Shown here in pieces: positions 15,554-28,200 of a DNA stretch of 38,050 nt. Each line of letters begins with the position of its first letter. The stretch's first letter is position 1. The notes beneath the pieces are model-generated. The model saw only the letters and a list, made by a program, of their open reading frames with translations. It had not been told where the DNA came from and did no database searches. Made by a program: the position numbers and the translations under genes. The DNA is from a virus (lineage: Duplodnaviria > Caudoviricetes): IMG/VR virus record IMGVR_UViG_3300032324_000105, positions 1 through 38,050 of that record; one strand, given 5' to 3'.

Positions 15554-16228
15554 TTAAGTCTCGCTAAATGTTGTTAGTGTCTGGATCCTAACTGTATAAT
15601 CAATTTGGATCAATCTATTCAGACTCTTTTGAACTGGGTGAAAAATAACATGAGTTAGTAATCTACCGTTTCCTGCGATCCCGTCTTCGCTACTGGCTCT
15701 AAGGCCAATTTCATCAAACACAAAATCACTATTCATATCTTGTGCATTATCATAGGCAGCTTGGCCATTTGGTTCGCCGTAATCTAATAACACACTACAA
15801 AAAATATCAGTATAAACTGTACCACGTACATGGCGTATTTCTAAGAAATTTCTAGTAGGATCAATGTTTGACAAGTTCTTTGGGTCAATAATCTTATAAT
15901 ATGTTTGACTATAAAGTCCTGAATTTACCCCAATATTATTAGGAGTAAGATACGTTATAAGTCCATTAGGATCTACAGTACTTCCGCCGTTACCAAAGCT
16001 CATGCCTTCAATAATTCCATAGCCTTGATTTGCTAGGCTAGCGGCAAGAGCAACACTCATATTTTCATAATGAATGGCGTTTCTTCTGTCCTCAAATACT
16101 TCGTTTGTTTCAGGATCAAAAATTTTAATATGACCTTCAATATGGAAGCCTGCATTTTCTTTTATGCCTGATTCTTGAGCATTTTCTTGGGTATTTTCGT
16201 TCATTTCCTCAACCTTATTATTTTCCAT
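15554..16228 (-). CDS. Putative virion structural/baseplate protein
   Basis: GHIKIFD...NAIHYENMS, FDEIGL and LLTHVIFHPVQKS.NR.I.IDY motifs; lies within the baseplate module. Confidence 0.7.
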   Translation of the reverse strand: MENNKVEEMNENTQENAQESGIKENAGFHIEGHIKIFDPETNEVFEDRRNAIHYENMSVALAASLANQGYGIIEGMSFGNGGSTVDPNGLITYLTPNNIGVNSGLYSQTYYKIIDPKNLSNIDPTRNFLEIRHVRGTVYTDIFCSVLLDYGEPNGQAAYDNAQDMNSDFVFDEIGLRASSEDGIAGNGRLLTHVIFHPVQKSLNRLIQIDYTVRIQTLTTFSET

Positions 16229-16230
16229 AG

Positions 16231-16241
16231 TAATATTTATC
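16231..16241 (-). promoter_or_regulatory. Late-promoter-like box (GATAAATATTA)
   Basis: ATAAATA at 16234-16240 on the - strand, 5 nt upstream of ATG 16228. Confidence 0.6.
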
Positions 16242-16251
16242 CAGTGCTTAA

Positions 16252-19200
16252 TTAAGACAGTTTGCCATAGTAATACTTATCGGGCAACTCTGAAGTAAAC
16301 TCTTGTAAGAATCTAGCTTGTGGAGTTGACTCCTGTTGTATAGTGGTTGTTCCACCAAGGGTGTACCAAATCTTACCAATTCGTTGTACTACTTTGATAT
16401 CAACATCTGATATCACTGTAGAATCGCTGTTTAGGGACAATACAGCAGGGTTAACTGTCAACACATAGTTATTCCCAACCTTTTCAATGATAAAGTCCGG
16501 GGCCGCTATTAAATCACCAGATTGCCCTTGACTGTTAACTTCGTTTGAGTTATGGGTTATACTAAAATCGTGCTTGATTAACTCATTATTTCCTCTAACT
16601 GGCTTAGTTAGTACCTTGCCAGCCATGTAAACTGTAACTTGGTCTTCAAGGCCAATTGTATCATTAAATGCAAAGTCAGTTAAAGTATAAGAAGCCACTG
16701 TGGCAACGTTTACCCAGGTGCTGTTTACATACTGTTGATACGTGTTAGTAGTTTGATTAAATTTGTAATTTTCAGGAGTTTTATACGTTTTTATGGTATA
16801 TCCTTCTCTGTACGGAATGGTTTCATTATTACCAACATTAAACGCTTTTGTACCAACAGGGTAACTGTCAGCCACGCCAGTTCCAAGTGTTCCTCGAGTT
16901 AAGTTTGTTAGTTTGTTGCCAACAATAGATCTAAATTCAATTCTTTCCCCAGCAATAAAAACTGAGCTTGGTTTTGGATTATTGACGTTAACTACTCCAA
17001 ATATGCTTGTGTCACTAACTTCAATCTCTCTGTCAGTTGACAACAGTGCTTTTGTCAAGGTCACAGTGCTGTTCTTTGACAATCTCTTAAACTGCACAGC
17101 ATTTGTCATATCTTTAAACATTCTATAAGAAACCGCTTCGCTTGACACGATATCGCTAATACTTGTCACAACCACTCTGTCGTTGTTTCCTAAAGTAAAT
17201 CTATTTGATATTTGAATATAGTCTTTATCAACCACTTGATAATCGTAGTTTGGAATCAAAGGGCGTCCGTTTACATCAACCCAAACATTGTTAATGTTAT
17301 AAACAGGTCTGCTAAGTTTGTATTCATTCCTATTAGGATTAGTTTTAAACACTTCTCTTCTGATTAGATTTTCATCATGATTTGTATAAGTGACTACTGA
17401 AACTCTTTGACCAACTTGTATTTTAGATGGTGATCTAAATGTTATTTGATTGCCAAAAATTACATAGTCTGAGTCACGTAGTACACAAACTGCAATCACA
17501 TCACCCACTTGTGCAACACCTGAACTCATTGTAATAGTATTATTGACTGTATCAAATTCATAGTCTCTACCTACTACTGTAATTTTTCCATTTTTATACA
17601 CTTCAATATCTGATATTGATAAAGTGCGTGTTAGGTAAGGAATATTTTCACCTAATCTAAATGTTTGAGAATTTTGTGTAACTTCATAATATTCAGTTTC
17701 AGGCGGCATCATTCTCTGTGTTGGCGCAAGATTCCAATAAATTCTAGCAGTATCTTCGTCAGGACGATTAGTAATATGTACACCCCAATATACAATATTT
17801 TCTGGTGTCAATGTAGTTGTATTTGAAGTATGAGTAGTCTTACAAATGTAATATTGTCCGCTAAAAGAAACAATGTCATCAACATCATAAGAAACTGCAT
17901 TTGCCCAAGCTGGGAATTCTAATTCTGAATTAGTTTGTGTACTAGTATGTCCAATTTTACAAATATATGAAACATTGTTGTATAGAACAGTGTCATTTAT
18001 TGTATAATAAACATTTTCTAACCATGGACCCTTCCAATCTTCTGTAGAAGATATTAATCTAGTCACCGCTGCCATAACATGTAACGGTGCAATATTACCA
18101 GGTGGTTTAGTTAATGTATAAGTTGTATTATTATTAATTACAATTTCTTGATTGTAAATTTCACTATAAGTTTTAACTGTTGAACCAAATAACAATATAT
18201 TAATAACTGTGCCTGCTGATAAAGTAGGTGTATTAGTAATAATAATTTTAGCACGTTTGGATCTGCCTGCTGCCTTGGTTAAAGAACTATTATTTGAAAT
18301 TGAAATATAGTAACTACCAATGTCTTGATAATTAATATCTGACGGAATTTCAAAAGAAGTTGCGCTGGCATCGGCGTTGGTCATAGTGTAACTGAATCTA
18401 CTTAAAATGCTACTTCCGCCAATTGTTGTCTTTTGTACAGTAAGTGCAAGTGTATTTGTGGCTGACAGCTGATCAACTCCGTATTCATTTGTAATAATGG
18501 TAACAGTTGTTGTTCCATTTACGTTTGAAGTCAATGTATAATCAGTATTTTCTTTAGCAACAAAATTACCAATCAATACAAATATTTCTTGTCCACTGCC
18601 AATTGTGTCTTGGATCACAAATTGCATTGTTGATCCATCCATTATGAATTGTTTAGTAGAAATTAAATTACTACCAGCACCTGGACTATTGAACACTGTC
18701 ATTGATAGTGTGTCAAATATTTCGCCCTTAACTAGTTCTTCTGTTGAAGGACTATGTTCAACTGATAAAAATTCACCACCATCTAAACTTATGTCAGTGG
18801 CACTTAAACCAGTAGCAGTTCTAAATCGTATTTCACCAGCGTCTGAAATTGTTGAGAAGTCTCCGCCAGTAATATTTGTATCAAGAACAATATCATCAGT
18901 TGGCAAGTTCACTCCGTCACTCAACTCCTGACGAATTTCAATTTTTACACCAGATGCTGGAACTTGTGGAAGTGTTAACGTGCTTGTAGAACCACTAGTT
19001 GTAATAGTTTTAAATAATGCATTGTTGTTCGTTTGATCCACTGTACCGTAATTTTCATCGTCAACTCTAACACCAGCAAAATAAACGTTAATTTTTGTTC
19101 CTAGTAAAGGTGTGTATCCCAAGTCATATGTAGTTGTAGTTCCGTCTGAAATTACCAATAGATCTCTGTAGCTGTTAACAAATGTGTCCCAGCCCTGTGT

Positions 19201-22200
19201 AAACCAAGGTAATCCATCCCAACCTGAACTAACTGTAAAATTAAGACCCTGTATCTCTACTCCACCAAATTCTACACCCTTTATTAATTGAGTGATGTCT
19301 TTTCCTGGCATGTTTGCAGTTGGGTAATAACTTGTAATGATTCTATCAACTGCATTTTGTATATTAATATTCTTAGCATACTGGACTTTAATAGTTGATC
19401 CTGGATTTGGAATATTTTTAAATTTGATATATCCAACGTACTTTGTAAATCCATTTTCAATAATTTGTCTTAGTTGAATCAAATAATCACTGGTTATAAT
19501 TTCTGAACCAGTATTAGTGCTTGAATTTAATTCACGCACAATAATTTTATCAGTGTCTAAATCTGGTGGGAATGTTAATTTAAACGTGTCAGTATAACTT
19601 TCTCCAGAAGATTGTGTAAATGTATCAACAGTATACAATGTATTTTTAATATATTGTATTCTTAAATTTTGTCTTGCAGGTAAGGCAAGGTTAAATGTAA
19701 TGACCGTTGACAAATCATTTCTAAAGGTTATTCTATAATTGTCAGCACCAATCTCTGCATCGTTTAAAAATAACTTGATAGTTGATTCATCTTGTAGTGC
19801 AGGGTAGTTTGTGTCTGTACTAGTAGACGGATATGTTAATACATAGTTTAGTGTTATTCCGTCAGTATCAATATTTCTATTAAGAATTTCTCCAGTGTAT
19901 AGCCCTATATCAGAAGTTCTATCAAATTTCATTTGTATTTGATTACTTCTTACTTTGCTGTTTGATAATACTGCATAAGCAGATCCATTTACAAAGTCTG
20001 TTAGATAGTTTGATCCCCCAGTTAAAATAACTTTTGGAGTCGTTAAATATCCACTACCAGGATTTGTAACAATAATACTTGATAATTTACCGTTACTAAT
20101 TTTAGCAATGGCTGTTGCGCCTGTACCAGTATCTCCGCCAACTGGAACTATTGTTACTATTGGTGGAGTTATATAATTTTGACCTAATAGACCAATTCTA
20201 ATATCTGACACTGTAAAGCCGTAGTTTTCACCCCAATGCTTATATGGGTAAACATTGTTGATCATCGCAGTAGTTGGTAATTTAATTGCACCAGTAATAC
20301 TGTCAACATACGCAGGCAAGTCAAAGTCGGTTACACCAACACCAATTTTTTCAATAGTATTGTAACTAACTGTTGATTCTCTAAATTTAGATTTATATGG
20401 TTTAATTTCTTTAATAAAGTCTTCAACGTAACCAAAATCATTAAATCGATAAACATCATCTTGATCTAGTGTACCTGCATCTACCAACGGTGTGATAAAA
20501 CTAGTCTTATATACCCAATCTACAAATAGTTGTTCACTTAACACATGTCTTATGGCAACAAATACAAACTTTTTCCAATAAGACACTAAATTGCCTACAA
20601 AAATATTATCTTTAATTGCATTTAAAATAATACGTAATTCAATAGTGTTTGTTTCATCAAACCCGCCTTGGTCATATCTAGTCACATTGTCAAATCCAAG
20701 ACCAGCGGCTGTTTTATCATATAACTTGTTATTAAACTGCACTGTTCCGTTTTCTCTAAAAACTAAATCATAGTCGTCAAGATAGTTACCTGTGCCAGCA
20801 GTTGTTTTGCGTACGATAATTCTTCTACCGTCTCCTGGTGTTCTAATTTCAACAGTTGATCCTGTTTCAAAGATAAAAGATTCTAAATCAGAAATAAAGT
20901 TTGTTGCGTATGTGGCTGGAATATCAACTGCATATGAAGGATCGACCCAATCAACATAACTCCAATACTTGGGCACATTTACTGTTTGTGTAGACTCTCT
21001 AACAAACGATTTATTTTTGTACTGGTAAATTGCCCATTTGTTTATTTCTGTGTCAAGTATAGTTAATACTGAATATGGTCTAGCTATTAATCTTGGCGTC
21101 TCTGTATATCCGTAACCTTGATTTAAAATTCTAACTGACACAACACGACCATTTAAATCAATGGCGGTTTGTATCTTAGCTCCTTGACCGGTGCCATAAA
21201 TTTGTACGGTTGGCGCAACTTTATATCCATTACCTGGATCAACAATATTCACTCTAACAATTTTACCGTTAACTACTGTAGCACTTAATTTAGTTTGTGC
21301 TTTTCCATTAGTTCCTACTAAGGAAATTTCATCACTTAACTCAATGACTTCGTCATACTGACCTAAACTAATAGATGGGTAGTCTTCAACTTGTTCTAAA
21401 TCAGTCAGGTTAGATTTACCAACAATATCGTGTTTAAGCAAGACGTCGTTGACATATTCAATCATTATTTTTAATGCTAGATCTCTGTCTTTGAACCATG
21501 ACTGTCTTGGTCTATATGATGTTCCGTAACGTAACTTTGGAGATAGCGCGGTATCAGGTACTGGGTTGCCAGCAACGTCTTGACCAACAAGACTGTCAAT
21601 AAGTTTGTTTTCAATACTAGGATCTAAATTTAAATAGGTAATATTTTCATTGATCAACTGCCAATGACTATGGCGATTAATCTCTTTCTCAGAAGTTTGA
21701 TAATATACGTCAATATTAATTTTATCACCATTCAAAGACTTTTTAGCATTAGTTAAACTCAAAGAGTTTGTTCCCAAAAAGCTAGCAAATTTAATACCTT
21801 GACCTTTTGGATCTTCAATTATTCTTGCGCAATCAAAAGAACTCATATTTCTAAATGCTAAATCTGGAAGAGTAATTTTATTTCTAACCCAGAAATAGTA
21901 AACGTTGACAAAGTCGTTAACTACAGGATCAAAATACTGATTAATTGACAATACTGTATTATCTGGGTTTAATGGTTGACCACTAACCCCTAGTGCTAGT
22001 CCATCAGTTGTATCAGCTAATTGCGCCCATTCACTTGGTCTAAAGTCGCTCTTGACCCATTCATAAACATCAACTGTTGATCCTGGGAATAGTTTTCCCC
22101 AATTGTTTGATCTAAACTCGTTGTTCCCCTGTTCATACCAAACAAATCTTAAGGTACTAGTATCTAACCAAACTTCACCAACGTGATCATCTAACCAAGT

Positions 22201-25200
22201 TGTTTTATTATCAACTCTTACTTTAGCAGATGTTTCTAATGCCACTGTATAAATTGCTGGATCAAATGGTTGAATATATTTGATTTCATTTAATACTTTG
22301 GACGGCAGTTTACCTTTTACTGGATCATAGATTTCATAATTGTCAATAATTTCTAATGTATTATTGTCATAACTAATAACTTTTTTAATTTTGTCAATAT
22401 CAATTATTGCCTCTTGTACTCTAACCTTTGACCAAGACCAAGAAGACCCACAACCGCAGGCTTGATCTATGTCACGTTTTTTATCAAAAATTACAACGGT
22501 TCCAGAATCTGTATATGTTGTTAATTGATTAGAATCTTCTAAAGTTCCGATAACTTTTAAATCATATTTTGGAGCACCAACAAGCATAAATTCGCCATCT
22601 GTTGCAATGCCAGTTCCATACCCATCAAACGATGCACTATCCCCGCTGATCAGCGACTCGCCAAATACATACTTGGTTCCTAATCTTTGGTACAAATAAA
22701 CTGCTCCACTGGCTGTTGCTCTGCTTACAAATCTAGTACTACCGCTATCAAAGGTTGTTCTTAGGGCGGCTGCTGTAGAAGTTGGATTAAGAGCGTACTC
22801 TGATCCGTATCTTTCTTCTGAGTCTACATAGCGTTCAGTATATGTGTCAAATGCAACAGGCGTGGCTTGTCCACCACCAATTGCAGTGACTAATAATGTT
22901 TTACCGTCATCACTTAGTGCTAGGTTACTTCCAAATAATTCACCAGTTTCAGTAGCAGGTGAAGTAATTTTTTGGTCCAAAGCATACGATGAATTTGATT
23001 GTAATTTTAGCACATACACTAAACCTGCATCTAATTTTTCTGTAGAAGAATGATCACTAGATATTAATAATGTTGTGCCGTCTGCTGACATTGACATTTT
23101 GTCACCAAATCTATCGTTTCTAATAGTGCCTTGACCAGTAATAGTGATAGTTGTTGTAGCAGTTTCATCACTGAGCAAACGTAACGGTTTGAACGCCATA
23201 CGTAAGACGCTTAACTCACTAATTACAAATTCACCATTGTTGCCTGTATTAGTTGATCCAGTAATAATTACTGATTGACCAATTCTAAAACCATCCGCAA
23301 TAAAACTTCCAAAATTTCTAACTAATGAGTTATCTGATGATTGGAATGAAATAATCTGTGCAACAGTATTGTATGACTTGACTACACCCTTTAATAGTAA
23401 GTCATTAGACTCTAAATAATCATCAGCATATATTGTTTGTGATAGTTGATAGCTGTAAGACCCTGCATCTTTTCTAAAGATAAACACTGCACCAGAATGA
23501 ACTTGTGTTCTATCTTTTACATGATCGGGAGCAGACACTGCAAGTATTGTTCCATCTTTATTAGACACAATATCGCTGCCAAAATTAGATTTTGAAGTAA
23601 TATTGACAACTCCAGAACGTAAATTATAAGGATTTCCGCCTACAGTATACACTTGCCACAAGTTACTGCTATCTAAATAATAAACAAAAATTGCACCAAG
23701 TCCACCGTCCTGCCCTGGGGCTGAAACTAATAAAGTAGGTTTATCAGATCCTACAAATTTTACTTTATATCCAAATTTAGCATCAGCTTGTGCTATTGGA
23801 CTAGCTAATACTAACTCAGTTCTATATGCGTCAAAATCATTATTAAATTTAACAATCTTGATTGCGCCTTCTTCAAATAACTCTGATGAAACTTTATTAA
23901 ATTCTAAAACTTTTCTAATTGGTTCTACTGTTTCGCCTAAAATTTTCCATTTTGCATTAGAAGAATTAGGAGCTCCTGAAACAATATATCGTATAGATAG
24001 CGACGTATTTTCCCAGCAATCTAAACTTGCTCCATGCAGACGTTGCATTTCTGGAACGCCAACACCATTTTTTACATCTTGTATGGTCAGTATATCACTA
24101 AAGTTTTCTTCTAACAAATAACTTTGATGCAAAATAACATCTTCAGACCCAAGTGCATTTCTTTCGTATATGTAAACTCGGCCACGTTCTAATTCTGTAG
24201 CAGAAACAATAATGTTTTTAGAAACTGGCGCAATAATGGTAGTGTTACCAAATTTTTGTCCAGACTGATTAATTCTTGGTCGTATAGGCAGAGCTTTTGT
24301 GTTTGCTTCTTTTTCTAAAACTGCCCATGTGCCATCGCCAACATCATCCACCCAAACAAATTCACAGTTTTGCCATCTTGCAAGTCCTGGAATAGATGCT
24401 AGGTCATCTAACTTACTAAATCTTGATGTTGAAAAATAATACATTGAACCGCTTAGTATTTCGCTAGCAACTGGGACATCATTGAACGCTGTCTTAACAA
24501 CAAACGTTGTTCCGTCAGGAATTCCTATTACTTCGTAAACCCCATTTAGCGGATCGTCTAATCTGGAAATTGAAACAAAATCTCTCAATTTTAATTTATG
24601 TGCAATATCTGTATTGAAGCTAATTAGATTATTTGCATTATCAACTGTATAATTTATAATCGTTACTGGTGACAACGTGTAACGCTTAACTCCCCAATTT
24701 CCTGAGTTATCAATAGCCACCCAGATAGTATCGCCTTCTCTTAAAGATGCTGAAGATGATAATGTTAATATGTTGTTTTCATATAACCCAGTGAACACAA
24801 CATCATCTAATCTTACATACCCTGCACTTGGTATTTTTTGATACTGCGTATATCCGTTGCCGTTGACTGGCGACACATCAAGTGTTGGCCAAGGTCTTCC
24901 ATTATATTCAGCTGGACGAATTTGCATCTCTGACAATGGCACTTTATATGCTTTATCTAAAGATGATTTTAAGTCGTCGTATTCAAATTCAAAAATTTGA
25001 GGATCTTGATTAAGTTTATTTTGATCCAGTGTAAATTCTATTTCTTCATAAGAATTTTCACCACCAAAAGTTCCTAATCTAATTGCCCACTCTTCTTGTA
25101 AACTAATGTGAGCACCAGTTGCTGAGTTATTAGCAACTGCAAATTTTTCTAAAGGAAGTGTGGTTCCTTTTTCTCGAATAAATCCTTGATAAAATTTATA

Positions 25201-28200
25201 TTGACTTGACTCATCAGGTATTAAAGAATTTAAATAAGTTCTTGGAACATATCCTATTAACTTTTGTGCATATTTTTGCTGGCTGTTATCAAAGTTAACA
25301 CTGTCTAAACTATAAAATTCTTCAAACTGACTAATTTTATATTCAAAATTAGGCAACAACTGTGCGACTGGTTGCTTGCCTAATAAAGTCCAATCTTCAT
25401 AATTAAAAATTTCTCTAGCAAGTGTTCTAGCATTTGCTTGATAATATTTTGTTTGAAACCTAACAACATTGCCAATTTCATAATCAATGTTAGGTTCCCA
25501 GTCATTAATTTTTGCGCTGTCATAAACAAACCCTGGAATATAGAAATCACCTTTCCAACCGTCTGTCATGAATCCTTTAATTTTAAATCTTTTTTGTCTA
25601 TAACCTGATGTTGGTTCATAAATTAAATCATTGAAAATTGTTTTATTATCAAAAACAACAACGTGTTCTTTTTGTACCAAACTAATTTTTACAAAATAAA
25701 CACCATCAGTAGAACCCGCAGTATCAATAATAAAGGAACCTTCTTGTCTAGTGACGCTCACTTTGTTTCTATCAATAGATGTTCCGTCAGCCTTTAGCAA
25801 TGTATAATCATAAAAACTATCATATAAGTCATCAACAACTGAATTTTCACTAGTAAAATAAATTTTTTCTGCAAACGGTGAAAGACTTATTACTGAGCTT
25901 GTAGACCAATTTTGCAAACTCCAGAATAAAAATTCTTTTCCTGCTAGTTTCCAGTCTGCAATCACATCTAGTTCTGGTAAAAGATTTTCAAATTTAAACC
26001 CAGCAGATTTAACTTGTTCTCCGTAGCCAAGTATAAAATCAAACACATCCTGTATAGAGTTATATTTTGTTCCGTAAGGAACTATTGTATCAACGTCTTC
26101 AAAAGAAGTTGCCACAAACGCTTCTACTCCGCCAACAGTTGGCAAATACGGTAGTGGGTAATATAACCCTGGCTCAAATGCTTGTTTGGTCAAATGAGTT
26201 GAAATTGCTCTATAATATTGTTGTCCATTTGCAACTACTAATCCCGCATTCACTGTAGCATTTGAAGACCAATATATAAATGGTTCAGTAACTCCACCAA
26301 CAGAAATTACAGGATCGTTAGTGGCACGAATTGCCTTTTTAATTGTAAAATACGGAGAGTTAGAATCATATCCTCTTACCATATATCCAGCTTCTGTTCT
26401 TTCAACAATTATACCTGACATTGTCAGAGTCTTTGTAGGAGAACCAGTAGAAAGAACCAATTGATAATTTTCTTCTGGGACATATACTTTATCAACAGTT
26501 TTGTAAGATGTCACAGTTTCTAATGCAACTCTAAATTTATCCTTACTTGTAAATCCACCAACCTTATAGATTAAGTTTGATTGAATTCTATTTAGATAAT
26601 CTTGTAATTTAAATGCTGGATTGGAAAACCGTTGTCTTAAGTTTTCAACAATATAAGGGTGATACCCTGTTGCATAAACAAAAGTATTATCTATTGTATT
26701 TGAAAAAACTTTTAAATCTGCTGGACGTATTCTTTCTAAAGAATCTTTATATACAATTTGATTGGCAATATTAAAGATATTCCTTGAAGTATCAAATCCC
26801 AAAGTTGCATACTTAGCTGGCATTATCAAAGCCATAGCAATTTGAACTGCGAAAGGATAGATGTCGCTTCTTCTCCAAGCAGTTTCTGCAGGCCCCATAT
26901 CACCAAATGACCACTCAGTGTATCTTGCAGAATAATCAAAATCTTTTACAGCGTTTGTTTGAATAGGATCTTTTAAACTGCCATATGAATCCACAGGAAT
27001 GATATTAGACAGTCCTGGTCTTGCATATTTTTCATCATACCCTTTTCTAAATCCAGATCGAATATAACCTTGTTCCAAATCTTTCCACATAACATCATTT
27101 CCAGATGTATATGGAGCAGGACCATATTCAGCTTCCCACCAAGTCGGCTTTTTATAAAAGCCTAACATTTCCCAAGGATTAGTATGTGGTCTATCAGTAT
27201 CATAATACTGCTTGTAAACCTTTCTCCAAGAACCAGTAATAAATGAGTTTCTGTCAATTATCCCATTTGAGTTCAAATATTTGAATCCAAAATTGTTTAG
27301 ATAAATTTCATTCTCATTTGCTCTATAATCAATACTGTAGATGCCAATCCATTTTAAAAATTCGTCTTCGATAGCATTGTCAAATTGTTCTGAAGTGTAT
27401 CCAGTTTTTCTAAAGATACTAGGTAAAATTTCATTTACGTCTAAAATTCGTGGATCGTATTCTACTTTTAGATTATTGTAGATTCGTTTTTCTAACTCCA
27501 ATAATAGTTGATCTCTGTCATCACCAAAGCAAACTGTTATTGACCCGTCGTGTCCTTGTATAACTTGTGTTGATTCAATGTATGTGTCATCTAAATAAAT
27601 TGCTGGTTCAAAACTAGGATATAGTCCCAATTTTGTAGGAGACATTGGCATTACTGCGCCATGAATGTTGTTAAACACTCTGATTAAAATTGTATCATTT
27701 ACAGCTAAGGTATTGACAAATCTAACCAATGGATTGTTTAAATCAAAAGAATAGTCTTTGTCAATGAGTAACTGTTCACCGTTAACATAAACTAATACTG
27801 CTTTTTTGCCAAATGCATATCTATCATAAATTTCTGATCCGTATGCATAAGCTCTAATGTTTGCATCATTAACTGTGTATGTATAATCTCGTTTGTTTAA
27901 CCCAAACGGTAACATGTCACTGTAATAAAACATAGACGCAGGAGTTTTATCATTAGCGATACTTAAAATTATCTTATCTAATGCATCTGAAATATCAGCA
28001 TACTCTGCTAATTCTGTAAATTTTTGTAATATTAAAATTTTATATCTTTGATATTCCAGCGCAGACCAGCGAAGAGAATGGATTAGATTGTATTCTTTAT
28101 TGGCTAACAATGCTCCTGCCATTGCAATCAATCCATCATGTTGAACAAATCTTCTTCCGTACTTGTCTAAATTTGCCAAATCACGTAAATTGTTTCGGTC

